DNA of 64,000 nucleotides from Octopus vulgaris (lineage: Eukaryota), in NCBI GenBank assembly GCA_951406725.2, contig OX597815.1, forward strand, positions 171,554,001 through 171,618,000, given 5' to 3'. Made by a program: the position numbers and the translations under genes. Every line of letters starts with the position of its first letter. Within the stretch, counting starts at the first letter, position 1. This document shows, in pieces, positions 43,636-57,982 of the stretch. The notes under the pieces are model-generated. The model made no database searches. It saw nothing but the letters and a program-made list of their open reading frames with translations, and had not been told where the DNA came from.

Positions 43636-45589
43636 ATATAATTTTGTATGTTTTTTTTTTTTTGTATTTCTTTATTTCTTGATTGATTAATTTATCTTTT
43701 TACTTTTCCACAAGATTTGATAGCATGCCGAAGCGAAACTATGACCCTGCGTACATAAAGTATAGCTTTATTGCAATCGAACGTGGAGGAGAAGCTCTTC
43801 CGTAGTGTGTGGTCTGTATGAAGTCCCTTTCCAATGCGGCCATGAAACCCAGCCTGCTCAAACATCATCTTGATCACGCGGACAAGAAGGACTGAGATCA
43901 GATTTACTTCCAGTGACTTGGCGAAAACGTAAAGCGGCAGCGCATAGACAAGACTAACCAGATATACCAGAAGAAGGCAGGAACTGTGAAAGCATCCTAT
44001 GAAGTTGCTCTCTTGGTAGCCAAAAATATGAAGACGCATACCATTGCAGAGTCTCTCGTCATGCCAGCGGCAAAAATTTTGGTCAGGCACATGATTGGAG
44101 AGGAGGAGGCGGCGAAGTTTGAGAGTGTTTCCCTCTCTAACAACAATGTACAGCGCCGTATCGAGGAGATGGCTGTCGACATTACCGACCAAGTGAATGA
44201 GGGAGTGAGAGCCTCAAAGTATGGGTCTGTCATTCAACTCGACGAATCGACGGACGTCACCGACTGCTGTTGATTATTTGCCTACGTCCGCTTCACGCAG
44301 AATAATGCTGTGAAGACTGAGCTATTGCTAAGCCAGGAGCTGTCCAATACAACGAAAGGAAAAATATTTTCGACGTTTTGGACAATTTCTTCAAGCAGAA
44401 TGAACAGGATTGGATTAAGTTGGTTGGATGCACGACAGATGGGGCTCCATCTATGCTCGGTTGAAAGTCAGGTTTTCAATCCCATGTGTAAGCTGTGTCA
44501 CTAAACGCCACCGCTGTCCATTGTTTCATACACAGATTCGCCCTTTGTGCTCAGGTGCTTCCTCTGAAATTTTTATCATGCTTTAACCGAGTTATCAGAA
44601 TCGTGAATTTCGTCGAAACATCGGCTCTGAATACTCGTCTGTTCAAGCTGCTTGCGAAGATTTCGGCTTCGACCACATCTGTTTCCTCTACCACATAGAG
44701 GTAATGTGATGAGGCGTCTCTTTGAACTGAGGGATGAATTTGTTTTCTTCACGGAGAAGGAACACGATTTTCAAAAATATCTGGAAGACAAGGAGTATAT
44801 CTCAAGGTTGGCCTGCCTGTCGGGCATTTTTGGAGCCTCAATCACTTAAATCTGTCGTTTCAAGGGCCCAACTGCACTGTCACAGAGTTCATCTCAAAGC
44901 TGGGAGCGTTTGTCCGGAGGTTGGATCTGTGGTTGAAGAACGTGGAGAGCAAACGCTACGGAATGTTCGAACTCTTGACTACACTTGGCGGCGAGCCCAA
45001 TGATGAATTTGCCCAAGAAATCGCCCGTCACCGCTCACTGCTCAAAACTGAGTTGTTGCATTACTTCCCGGACGTGACATCTTGAGCCTACATCGCCAAT
45101 CCATCTTCCGTTAATCCAGCCGAGTTACCTGTCGGAACTGGGGAACAAGAGGAACTCATAGATATCCAAGCAGACGAGACAGCAAAGACAAAGCACAAAG
45201 AATGCTCTCCTATAGACTTCTGGCTAAGCATGGCCTTCTCGTACCCGACGCTAGCCCGTCACGCTGTTCCCCAGCTACTAATTTTCCCTTCTCGTGGGAG
45301 TGTGAGCAGGGATTCTCAGCCTTACTGGCCATCAAGTCGAAGAGCCAGAACCGTCTTACTGCTCCCGGCCATGATTTCCGATGCGCTGTGAGCAAGTTTA
45401 TGCCCCGCATTGACCTGCTGGTGGAGAAGAGACAGATTCAGTCCTCACATTAAACTGAGTTGTATTCTTTGTTGTTAGTTCTTTGTGTTTTCTACTTGTG
45501 ATTAAATTGATGTCTGCACGTATTGAGTTTTCCAGAAAAACTCAATACGGCTGTACGAAACCTCAATCACAAAAGGTTGGGAACCACTC
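43022..45589 (+). mobile_element. Full-length decayed hAT/Buster (Charlie-like) DNA transposon
   Basis: TIRs CAGTGGTTCCCATCCT and AGGTTGGGAACCACTC. 8-bp TSD CTGTAATC/CTCTAATC fits the Buster NNNTANNN target. Inserted in a family-1 SINE. Confidence 0.92.
43725..45453 (+). pseudogene. Buster-type (ZBED5/SCAND3-like) transposase pseudogene
   Basis: MPKRNYDPAYIKYSF...P*CVVCMKSLSNAAMKPSLLKHH, ASYEVALLVAKNMKTHTIAESLV, IQLDESTD, TDGAPSM, HCFIHRFAL, CEQGFSAL. Multiple stops and frameshifts. Confidence 0.9.
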
Positions 45590-45749
45590 CTCTAATCTAA
45601 TAGTTCGGCAATAAATAGATCGATAGAATAAGGCAAAGTCGACTTCAGCGGAATTTGAACTCAGAACTTAAGACAGGCGAAATGCCGCTAAGCATTTCAC
45701 CCGGCATGCTAACAATTCTGCCAGCTCGCCACTGTCACATGTTTTATTA

Positions 45750-47210
45750 TATGAAAGCTACTAATCTTCGGCTTTGGAAAAATAGTTCATCAGTGATAGA
45801 TTCGTTCGAAAATTTACACGACGAAGGGAACTGTAAATTTAATCAATTTGATACTGATTTCTACCCCTCTGTCGCAGAGGGACTATTAACTAAGCGTTTT
45901 AAACTTTGCCCGCAGATATACCTCGATAACGGATCTGGGCATCAACTTCATTACGCATGCCAGAAAATCACTTCTATGTTTTGACAGTTCTTTCTACATA
46001 AAACGTAATGGACCAGAGGTTCGATGTTCCAACGGGTTGTTATGATGGAGTAGAAATCTTATAGGCTTATTTTTTTTAAACAAAATAATTTCTAGTTTCA
46101 AATTTATTGAGTTAGGATTAAACAGAGTCGATGGTTTTATTCTAACACGGACACCAACTAGACCCTCTTAACAACGGATAACAACGGACACCAACTGGAC
46201 CCTCTTAGGAAAGATCTAATTAATATATTTAAGAAGTTCGACCTCAAAATTACAATTAGTACTAGCACTAGAATAGCAAATTTCTTAGATATTATGAACC
46301 TAAATTTAGGATCCTTCAACCCCTATAGAAAACCTAATGAAGTCATATATTATATGAATCAAAGCTCTAATCACCCACTTAGCATTATCAAGAACTTACC
46401 TACAAACATTAGCCAGAGAATATCTAAGATTTCATCCAATAGTTTTCAACTAGCAATACCACGCCTCGGATAACCCTCATTGGCTATGGCACCGTCTCTT
46501 TCGATCTTAGCGCTAATTTTTCAACGATGCCCCGAGAAGAAGTGGTTTCAATGAAACAAGATACATCCCTCAGCTAGGAAATACTAATACTAAGAAAACC
46601 AGGAAAGGCTAAATTATATGGTACAACCCGTCTTTCATCTTAAACCTTAAAACCAACATTAGGAAGTCTTTTCTGACATTTTCCTAGCATCCATAAGTTT
46701 CACAAGATTTTTAATAGGTTTAACCTAAAAGTCACTTATATCTGCACGGACAATTTCGCCTCTTCTTTGCTAGAATTAATAGAAAAAACGCGCCTCTATT
46801 AATGAACTCTTACCTCAGTGCAACTGTGTCAATGAAAGTACATGCCCTTTAAACGGCAAATTCCATAAAGTGTCGCTTACTTCGCTTAAGTATCAGTTGA
46901 CAATAATAGCAATAATTCAAAATACTATGTAAGCCTTACTAAGAACACTTTTAAATCAGGCACACTTAGCTTATACATACTTTCAGAGATGAGAACAGAA
47001 AATCTGCGACGACTCTTTCAAAGTATATTTGCAATTTAAAAACACAAAATAACCAGCTTCAGCATTATAGAATCGTCCCCAGTACACTTTATCGGTAATA
47101 AATGCCTGGCAGAAAAGTTTGATATCCTAATTCTACCACTCAGACTGTTAAACACCAAATTGGACTTGGTTTCTTCATGTCCCCACCAAAGAAAATTCCT
47201 TTTATATGTT
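45750..47210 (+). mobile_element. Decayed Penelope-like element (RT plus GIY-YIG)
   Basis: WKNSSSVIDSF...FNQFD.DFYPSV, then FDVPTGCYDG, NFLDI, PYRKPN, SNHP, IIWYNP and a terminal GIY-YIG-like region. Similar type to 4080-4345. Confidence 0.8.
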
Positions 47211-47701
47211 TTTGATCTGCCAATTGGTTAACACTTGGTATACTCTTAACCATCCTGCTTACCTCTGCAATGTTCACACGTCTGCTAGTTGCTTCACCAA
47301 TAAATTGTTCTCTACGCCGCGCTATTTATTATTCTTTACAAGTATCCACCTTTACGGGATCCAACCTTTACATATTTGTTATACTCCACACTGCCTCGCA
47401 GCTTCCACAGTTTGGAACCCATTTTCTTCTCTTTACAACGCAGTTTGTACAACACAGCTTTGAACTCCAGTGTACCTACAATTCACTACAGTTTGAGAAA
47501 CTATACACCGCTTTCTCCTATACTTTATATCATGACTTATACAAACACCTACAACAGAAATCAACTACGGAGACATTTTATTATTCCTTAATTTATCGAT
47601 TTTCAGATTCTTTACGTGTCGTTCCACCCACTTCTTTCACATCAATTTTCTGCATCTTTTTCTTATTTCTACAGCTTTTAAGCATTCTTTTTTTTATATG
47701 C

Positions 47702-47744
<43 letters not shown>

Positions 47745-48057
47745 CTATATTCATTTCTTTATTTCATTTGACCTATTTTCATATATCTATTCAGTATTAT
47801 ATATATATATGTATATATGTATATGTATGTATATATATATATATATATATATATACATACATATACATACATATATATATATATATACATACATATACAT
47901 ACACATATACATACATATACATACCCCACCTTGATACTGTTCCATATATATATATGAAATTGAAGCTCCCAAGGTCATACATACATATACATACATATAC
48001 ATACATATATATACATATACATACATATACATACATATATATACATATACATACATG

Positions 48058-48131
<74 letters not shown>

Positions 48132-48624
48132 ACGCTGATAACGAAGAGGAGAGTGGAGATTTTATCTAAATCAAAAAAACTTTTATTTATCTAAAAGTTT
48201 TCTGCAGCATATACATCTGGCCTACATATGTCACGACTGCAATTATGCATTCTAGTCATTGCAATTTCATCAAGGGTCCATCGATCACGACGTTTTCAGA
48301 GTGAACTGATTCAAACAAGAACCCTGCCTTAGTATTCAGTTGAAATTAATAACGTTACTGTTTATATTCTATGGAATGCTAAGTCTTATAATCACCTCTG
48401 CTGGTATTACAGGTGAAGCGTAGTTTTAAAAATGTTTATTCAGATTTCAGTTAATTGCAGCAGTTTTGTCTACATGTTGCTACCTTTTGGGGTCGATGAA
48501 AAAAGTACCAGTTGAGTACTGGAGTCGATGTAATCGACTATCTTGCTCTCCCAATTGCAGGCCTTGTGCCTATAGTAGAAAGGATTATTATTATTATTAT
48601 TATTAATATTATTATTATTATTAT

Positions 48625-48665
<41 letters not shown>

Positions 48666-49296
48666 TAAATATCATTATTATTATAATTATTATTGTAACA
48701 TAAACACGCAGGTATGCATATATAGGCTTATATACATGCATGCGTATATATGTAGTAATGCGTGTATATATTCACATATATATGCGCCAGTATATATATA
48801 CATACATACACACACGCACACACACACACATATATGTATGTATGTATGTATGTATTTGTGTCTGTTCACGTGTGTATGTGTATCCATAAATGTACATAGA
48901 TATACGAGTGTGTGGGTGCAAATACACACTCACATATGTTTGTAAGTATATATATATGTGTGTGAGGAGTGAAGAGAAAGGGAAAGAGACAAGAAAAGAA
49001 AGAGGGAGCGAGAGTGGGTGAGGATGATGACGAGTATGATGATAATGATGATGACGACGATGGTGGTGGTGGTGATGATGATGATGATGATGATGGCTCT
49101 CCACTCGAGTCCGCGGAAGATCATTAATTGACATGGGGACAGTCAACAGTTCCTGTGAGTAATTTTAGATCCAGTAAGGTTTATAACGACGCCTCATAGT
49201 TCCTTTCCAAACTATGGGCATGATTGAGAGACAAACCGACGCAAGATATCTGTACCAATAAAAATTGTATGTCTGGGACTGAGGGAGAGACATATT

Positions 49297-49351
<55 letters not shown>

Positions 49352-49593
49352 GTATATATGTATGTATGTATATATGTATGTATGTATATATATATGTATA
49401 TATATATATGTGTGTGTATATATATGTATGTATATATATACATACATATATACATATATACATATATATGTGTGTGTGTGTGTGTGTCTGTGTCTTTATG
49501 TGTGTGTATATATATGTATATATATATATATATATATACATATATATACACACACATAAAGACACAGACACACACACACATATAAAGACACAG

Positions 49594-49656
<63 letters not shown>

Positions 49657-49839
49657 TATATATAAATATATTAAGCAAACTTATAAGTGCTGTGTGAGTC
49701 CGTATTCTACAGAAAATAGAGGAATTCGCGAACGCAAGAAGACTGTGAGGACAGCTTGGAAAATCGGATAAATACTTTTAAGAAAAGAAAAAAAAAAAGA
49801 GACCAGCAAGTTTCCACAAGGAATCGAGCCCTGCACATA

Positions 49840-49979
49840 CGAGGGGTGTATGAAAAGTTTTGAACCTTCAAGGCCTTTGAGCCTTCGAGGCCTTTGAGCC
49901 TTGAAGTCTTGTACCTTCATCAGAAGTCTCGTACCATGTTTTGTTTTTCTGAGGCTCAAGACTTTTCATACACCTCTCG
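49840..49979. mobile_element. mariner-type MITE
   Basis: TA|CGAGGGGTGTATGAAAAGTTTTGA...TCAAGACTTTTCATACACCTCTCG|TA. Confidence 0.8.
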
Positions 49980-50017
49980 TATTTATGTGTTGGTGTATGT
50001 GTAAGAGAAGGAGATTT

Positions 50018-50443
50018 GGCGATCTTTCGTCTCTAGTAGACCTTTCCGTCGATTTCCGTAAAAAAATTTTTTTTTTTTTACATATGGGCTTGCGGGAACT
50101 TTTGAAGTAATATACATACATATACACATACACCGAGTAAAAAATTTCAGTTATCTCTTTCTTTCACACATTACTCTGTCTCTTCACACACACTAACAGA
50201 AGCACTTCACTTACACAACATACTGTCTGTCTCCCACACCCCATCAAACACACACACACGCACGCACACACACACACACACATGTCCATCAATGCTCCCA
50301 TGCACGGTAACTTCAAAAGAACTTCCCTCGTCATACAATCGCTTTCTCTTAGTCTCTTTCGCTCTCATTACTTCAAAAAGTTCCCGGAAGCCCATATGTA
50401 AAAAAAAATCGACGGAAAGGTCTACTAGAGACGAAAGATTGCC
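50018..50443. mobile_element. Merlin-type MITE
   Basis: ~80-90-bp TIRs starting GGCGA/GGCAA. 8-bp TSD GGAGATTT at 50010-50017 and 50444-50451. Confidence 0.8.
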
Positions 50444-50621
50444 GGAGATTTTGTGGTTGTATTTGTCTTCTACTAACGCTTAATAACCGATGCTGGTATG
50501 TCTACTCCCCCCTCCCTCCCGCATACACTCTAACGTAGCAGTTCGGAAATAAGAAACCGATAGAATATGTACCAAGCTTAGGAAAACGAGTAAGTGCTGG
50601 GGTTGATTTGTTCGACTAAAC

Positions 50622-50893
50622 CAATGTTTTTCGACTAATTTCTTTTTACCTATGGACCCGTTTGATTCTTATTTTACTCAGATTGATCCTCATACCCATT
50701 CAATGTTTTTTAAAAATTCTCTTATATTTTTATAATATTTAAATATTATGAGAAATTGTATTTAAAAAATTGTTAAAATATTTTGTTTATTGTAGAAATA
50801 TAACCAATTTATTGTACATAAATTCTGACGAATAAATCGTATATGCCCCCCACCCCTCACGAGGATCGTGTGGACCTCGGTTGAGAATTATTG
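50622..50893. mobile_element. Old hAT-like MITE splitting a SINE tail
   Basis: Ends CAATGTTTTTCGAC and GTTGAGAATTATTG. The SINE sequence resumes on both sides, with a degenerate TSD GACTAAAC/GTCTAGGC. Confidence 0.5.
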
Positions 50894-50993
50894 GTCTAGG
50901 CAGGCGCTTCAAGGCGGTGCCCCAGCATGGCTGCAGTCTAATTACGGAAACAAAAAAATAAGAAATAATAGCTAAAATAGTAGCTAAAAAAAT

Positions 50994-51397
50994 AGGAGTG
51001 GCTGTGTGGTAAGTAGCTTGCTTACGAACCACATGGTTCCGGGTTCAGTCCCACTGCGTGGCACCTTAGGCAAGTGTCTTCTACTATAACGTAGAAACAT
51101 AAGCCTTGTGAGTGGATTTGGTAGATGAAAACTGAAAGAAGCCTGTTGTATATATGTATATATTTGTGTGTGTGTATGCTTGTGTGTTAGCGTTTGTCCC
51201 CCCAACATCGCTTGAGAACCGATGCTGGTGTGTTTACGTCCCCGTAACTTAGCGGTTCGGCAAAAGAGACCGATAGAATAAGTACTAGGCTTTCAAAGAA
51301 TAATTCCTGGTATCGATTTGCTCGACTAAAGGCGGTGTTCCAGCATGGCCACAGTCAAATGACTGAAACAAGTAAAAGAGTAAAAGAGAGTAAAAGA
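50994..51397 (+). mobile_element. SINE family 1, full length
   Basis: Complete head, body and GAGTAAAA-type tail. Confidence 0.9.
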
Positions 51398-52433
51398 TAT
51401 GTCTGAGAGAGAGGTGGATAGACAGTAAACAAACAGGAGAAATAGAACTTCAAAACCTGAGTGTACATACTTTGTGTGTGAATGTGTAGCATATGCATGT
51501 ATATATACATATCGTGTAATATATTTGGACGTGCACTAAACTATTTGTCAGCCTATCAAAGTTTTCTCAGTCATAATTACTTCGAATGATTCAATCTCCT
51601 TATATAAATAATATCTATTTCATTGACCTCGGATGTGTAAAAATAGAAATTGTCCAGGAAGAATTTGAACTCAGGATGTAGAGGAACTTACGTAACTCAA
51701 TACGACGAGTCTTTAGCGTATTTACTACACTTCACCATCCGATTATAAAAACATTAACACAAGCAGACAAGATAGACACTGAACAGTCACATCTGCTAGA
51801 AATAGCAGCCAAATAATTTTCTTTAAAGCACAACCTATCTATTTGAAAGGGAAGGGATATATTTAGATGTGGTACTGGGTAGACTGTGCCGAGAAAAAGA
51901 CAGGATATATATAAGGCTTTATGCCAGCTCAATCAGAGCTGATCTGGGGCCAATTTTAAACAACAGCGTTAAGAACTGTGTCGGGTAGATGAGTAAATCA
52001 CTTAGAAAAGGAATTAAACAATAAAATCAAACGTCATTAAATTAAAATACATGGAATGTATGATCTCATTTAAATCCTATTATACAAAGTAATATCAATT
52101 CAAATATTTAGAGGGAATAAAAATGCTGAAATTTGAAGAACAAAAACAAAAAGGCACACAGTTATTATAAAAAGAACATTAATATACAGAGATGTGTATG
52201 CAAACGAAACAGTTAGACTGAAAAATTGCTTTACCCCTGCATCGAACAGTCCACAGCAAACAGCGACGAGAGAAAGTTGTGATATTACCAACTTTAATTG
52301 AATCAAAGCTACGTATGTACAAGTGGGAGGAAAGCAACACACATCTGCGAGTGCTGTGCAATAGTTTGTTTTCTTTTTATTTCTTTTTTTTTTCTTTTTG
52401 ACAATAAATATATTTATTATTATCGCCCACATT

Positions 52434-52860
52434 AAAGCGGCGAGCAGGCAGAATCGTTAGAACACCGGGGGAAAATGCTTAGAGGCATTTCGTCCGTCCT
52501 TACATTCTAAGTTCAAATTCCGCCGAGGTCGACTTTGCCTTTCATCCTTTCCGGGTGTCAATGAAATAAGTACCAGTTATGCACTGGGGTCGATATAGTC
52601 GACTAGCCCCCTCCCCCCAAATGTCATGCCTTGTGCCTGTAGTAGACAGGATATCTCCCACATCAAGGTGGCGAGCTGGAACTATCGTTAACAACCCAGG
52701 CAAAATGCTTCGCGACATTTCCTCCGTCTTTACTTTCTAAGTTCAAATTTTGCCGAGATCGACTTTGCCTTTTAGGGACGATATATTAAGCACCAGTTGA
52801 GCGCTGAGGTCGATGTAATCGACTTCCCTCACTGGCTTTGTGCTAAAATTTGAAACCAAT
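52434..52860 (+). mobile_element. Two tandem SINE family 2 copies
   Basis: Heads at ~52434 and ~52664, each followed by GTTCAAATT and a Meta-like core. Confidence 0.75.
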
Positions 52861-53119
52861 ATTATTTTCCATGTTTATAACCTACAATGGTGTATTTCAA
52901 ATATTGAATTAAATTCTTCTTTTAAAAAAAACATTGAAAACAACAAATTTATTATAAAAAATTTATAATAAAACAAAAATCACAAAGAAAAACATTAAAA
53001 TAAAATTTAAATTATAGGGAAAAAAGAACAGAATTACTTCAGCAAAGAAACAATGAAAAAGAAAACAAGGTAAGTGGGAATTAAGCAACGAAAGATGACG
53101 TGATAAAAATAACAGGTTA

Positions 53120-55205
53120 TACACCCTAGTCCGAATAATGTGTTCAGCTGCGCCTCGCAGACATAATTGCAAAGGTGTTGCCGCGGAGAATGGCCAACGA
53201 CACTCACTACAACTTCCACTCCATCCTCGCGGGGCTCATTTCTCAGATGGGTCACTGTCATACCGATTTTGCGGGGGAAATCAGAAGTGCGAGGTCCGAG
53301 AACACCTGAACCCTCGACGGCAACCGATACGAATAAATAGCGGCTGGTCAGACTCCGGTATTTAGTTATCTTCCTGTCCTCTGCATTATGGATGGCAATA
53401 CCAAGGGTTGCAGCCGATATGGTAAGGTTAGAGACGGAGAATACGTCGGCCCACTTTGTATCCTAGATTAGGGATTTACCTTCATTGTATAGGAAGAGGG
53501 TTATTCTGTCGGGCACTAACCATCCCCGCGGTCAAGACCTGCCGACTTCAGTAGTGACAGGAAGCCGGCCGAATTCCACTTCGCAGCCAAAGAACAGTGT
53601 TTTGTGCGACTCACACACGCGGAAACAAAGTCGCTGGGCCACTTCGATACGGGTGCACTCATCAAGAAGGGTACTGGTCATTAAGGAGGGCACTGAATTG
53701 AGTCACGCACCGCTGTTTGGCTGCGAAGTGAAACGGGGGCAAGCGAAGTGATGCTAGTCCAAAGAAGTCTCAATCTACCTGAAAGTGGATTTGCATTTGA
53801 TGCCGTCCCAATTACGTTGGACAGCTGTATTCTGTCCAGAGCTTCCTCCACTTCCCGGGTCACAATGGGTTTAGCCATCCTGCAGTGTACCTCGCCGATG
53901 AGAGTGCAGCTGGAGGAAACTGAGGAAAGATAGACTGGCAGCGCCAGATCTAAAGCAGGACGCATGGTGAGGCCGCCGAATTTCACGGGTAGCTTTGTAA
54001 TTTTGCCAGCTGGCACTGTCAAAATTAACATTGCAGATGAGTTCAGCACAGCACCGGATCGTAGCATCGATTCCACCGAGGCAACCTGTGAGAGGGTTAT
54101 ATGGCACACTGTGTAGCGAGAAAAGGAGCTTAGGCAGAGCAAAGCAATTCCTCAAGAGGAAGAACTCTGGGTGTGCATCAGTGAGACGTAATCTCTCTGT
54201 CATCCTATACAGGCCCGCAAGCTTGGTCTCCAGGTACTCTCGAAAGGGGTTCGGGAGGATTGGTGATTAAGAATGCAGACAGCGTCAGCCGAACTTTCGC
54301 CAAGATGGGCTTTCAGCCTCACCACAGCTAACATTTATCAGCCCTGACGTGGGCGGGTTGATCACATTCCCAAGGAGCTTTAGGGCTGGGCTGGACTACA
54401 GACTCAGCCGAGCTACCCAGGGTCGCGTCATCCAAGTATCAGACATTGAAGGATGAGCAGACTTATCGGGCAACATCATCGACAGCCAACGCAAAAGGAG
54501 CAGGCCGACGTAACCATGCTGGACTCCTGTGGTAGAAGCGATCCTGTTGTCGGTAGCCAAGAATGTGCTAGGTGTCCCATAGGAGAGATGCAAATGGGTG
54601 CACGTCTTAAGACACATCTCCAAGATGTAGTCCCGCCTAATATTGTAGAAGGGGTTTTCGATATCCAGTTTCAGCAGGAGCCAAGATGGAGAGGGAGGCG
54701 TATGCAGTATGTAGTGTCTGGCTGCATAGGCAACAGGCTTACATCCACACTTAACTCCAACACACAGCTGGACAGTCTCGCTCAAGTCATCCTTGGCTGA
54801 TCTACATGCTATTGTAGCCGGAAGTTGTCGAAATACGTTGCCCACCGCTATCGTCCTTTTCCTTTACCTCAGTCAGGCTGGTTAGAAAGAAATCTCAAGC
54901 ATGGCAGGGGAATTCCGCACGAAGAAGACCGCCAGAGCAGTGATAGGTCGGAGCAAACGTGTTCCTGCTTCTGTATAACGTGACGAGATTAAATCTCCGA
55001 GGGTAGCAGGCCATCTACTCTACCACTACTGCTCCCAGGGAAAAATCTCAGAGTAGCAGCTACATCATCAACACGGTGAATAACGCGTCACCGTCAGAGA
55101 CTTGAAAATCCCTGGTATCTGCCGGAAGGTCCGGATGCTTGGAATAGAGAGCGGCCACAGCGGATCCAGTGTGGAAACGAGTACTGTGTCGTTTGAGGCG
55201 AGAAC
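53120..55205 (-). mobile_element. Decayed CRE-clade non-LTR retrotransposon (RT plus restriction-like endonuclease)
   Basis: IAVGNVFRQL, LLKLDIEN.FY.IRR, TGVQHG, YLDDATLG, FFLLRNCFALPKL, LPVKFGGL...LALPVYLSS, RLE-like PD.ITLF...GK.LI*D, and a terminal SLAILRGN. Confidence 0.8.
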
Positions 55206-55341
55206 ATGTTTTGAAGTGTTTATTTGTTTAGGGTCGGGTTAAAAAAAACACACGAGATAAAGTTTTAATAACGAGTAGAAGAATGTTAACACAAAAAGGC
55301 ATTTAAACCAAGGTGTATGTGTGTATGTATGTATGTATGTG

Positions 55342-55399
<58 letters not shown>

Positions 55400-55462
55400 C
55401 GATACACACGCATACATATAAAGTATATATGCTCTTGTTTTGAAGTTCTATTTTTCCTGTTT

Positions 55463-55517
<55 letters not shown>

Positions 55518-56153
55518 CTTTCTCACTCTCTCTTTCTCTCTCTCTCTCTCCTTCTCTCTCCCCACGCACACACATATATATAGTTTAAATTTACGGAAAA
55601 CAAAAGACGAAGTCAGGTGAAGGAACAACAAGCAGGTGCATTAGTTTAACGCTCGGGAAGAATGGAAAATTCTTTAACATTTCGAGCCTACGCTCTTCGA
55701 TAGAAAGGATTGAGAGGAAAAACATGGAGTGAAACAGAAAGAGAAAATATATATGTATATATCTTTTAACTATTATTTTTTTCTACTTGGAGACTGTCCT
55801 ATTTAAAGTAAGACAAGGAAAACACTGTATCCTAGTTTCTGTCATTAAGAGTGTGACAATATTGGAGAATTAGGGCTTCGTCAGTCATGTCACCAGCTAT
55901 GCCATAATGTCCATAAAGGATTATCTTTTATTTATTTCAGTTATTGGACTGTGGCATGATAGGGCGCCATCTTGAAAAGTTTAGTCCAACAAATTGTCCC
56001 TAGTACTTATTTCTATCAGTTTCTTATGCCGAGCTGCTAAGTTATGGTGACGTAAACAAACCAATACTGGTTGTCAAGTGGTAGTGGGGACAAACACATA
56101 TAGGTATATATATACACACTCACGTATAGGTACACACACACGCACACGCACAT

Positions 56154-56215
<62 letters not shown>

Positions 56216-56355
56216 TCAGATGAATGTGGTACTTAAGTTGAGGCACCAGAATTTAGTACGGTACTATCCATACAATTTCAAAGTAAGTTGATTAAAATCA
56301 AACTAAGCAACAAGGATATCCTCTGGATATCTTTGTTGCTTATTTTGATTTATAT

Positions 56356-56444
<89 letters not shown>

Positions 56445-57049
56445 TGTATGTATATGTATATGTATATATGCAGACGCGCAGGCGTGGCTCTGTGGTAAGA
56501 AGTTTGCTTCCCAACTACACTGTTTTGAGTTCAGTCGCTAGACCCAAGCCGACCAAAACCTTTCAAAATGGTGCCCCTGGACGGCCACAGTCCATTGACT
56601 GACACAAGTAAAAAGCAAAAAAATGAATTGTATATACCATCCACAATTTTGAAACATTTGGTGTACTTGCATCTGGGCAATGGTTCTATACAAATATTTC
56701 CTGTATATGTTGTCTCATTAAAAGTTTGCTTATTACTCGCTTCCTACAATTAAGCGGTTGTTTTTCTTTTGTTTTCGCACCACAGTCAATAATTATTTTT
56801 CGCACTGTTATCTTCTAGCATATTTAGCTTATCATAGACTTTTTGTGAAGGAAGAATTTTGCAATTATCACTTACTCTGCAGTACAGAACATTTTCCCCC
56901 TATTTCTTCTTCCGCATGTTCGAACTAATTTTGACGATCTTTTATTGTCTTCTTTCCTCAAGAACAGATTGATGTATTGATGAACAGTCAACAGTGTTGG
57001 AAAGCAAAATGATTAAAGCTGTAGATGAGAAAAAGTTAGCTGACATAGA

Positions 57050-57789
57050 GGATTGGAAACCATCTGAATATTGGAAAATAGTTCCCCGTGTCATGATTCA
57101 CACCGAGTATTGAAATGCTGACATCATGACTGCTGCTCAATGTCTTGTGAACGCTGTAAAAGTCGTGAGACGTGACAAGAACATCATGAACATCAAGGTT
57201 CCCTCAAACTATGACGGTCTTTGGGTGATGTCTTCAGTGAGGATGACATACCACACCACATATTTGCTCAGGGTCTTCAGCTCAATTCAGACTGTTATGT
57301 AAAGCTGCTGGAGATTTGTCAAAACCCTAGCTGAAGTGGGTTGCTGCTGGGAAGGCCATATATGTGGCAGCAGGATACGGCTCCTTGCCATAGCTCCAGA
57401 AAAAATCAAGAGTGGTTGTCGGAGAATTTCTACGAATTTTCAGCCCCAATTTCTAACCTCTTAATTCCCCCGACTATAATGTGTGGGGCGCAGTTGAGAA
57501 AGACACCAACCTCTCTGCCTGCTACACCAAGACAGAGGCGGTGGCCACGATCAAGGAAGTATTCAAAGATCTTCTCAGGGACACACTAAGGAATAGATAT
57601 GCCAGGCTCAGGAGCGATCTTGAAGCTGTGGTTCAAGCTGCGTCAACTACTTTGAGTAAACTGTTATCTCCCAACCATAATCTAGTTGATATTTTATTGA
57701 TTTTTTCAAAATACTTTTATTTCTTGATGGGACATTGTATTTTCTTACCCGTTTATGAAAAGTGTTACATTTAGCCCGAATACCCTGTA
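57050..57789 (+). mobile_element. Tc1/mariner (maT/DD37D-like) transposon remnant
   Basis: GRPYMWQQDTAPCHSSRKNQEWLSENF...PDYNVWGAVEKDTN, with a right terminus ...ACCCTG|TA. Confidence 0.75.
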
Positions 57790-57982
57790 TTTTGGTAGAA
57801 ATAATCCAATGTGTTTTCTTAAGGTGTGTTGTTAATACAAAATTCGCATGGTTAAAGAAGGAAAAGAAGTGGATCTAGTGGAAGTTCCTATTTTGTTAAA
57901 ACGCAGCAAAAGAAAGACAATACACCAGCAAAATTTTGGTCAACCAAAATTCGGGGTTTTGATCACGTGGTGTAGTTTGGTT

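Noticed and set aside
43692-44192. 166-aa minus-strand ORF
   Set aside because: It is the antisense shadow of the Buster transposase pseudogene.
48772-49146. Poly-His ORF, and poly-Ser/Ile ORFs at 43482 and 48512
   Set aside because: These are trinucleotide microsatellites (GAT/GGT, TAG, TAT) with no coding context.
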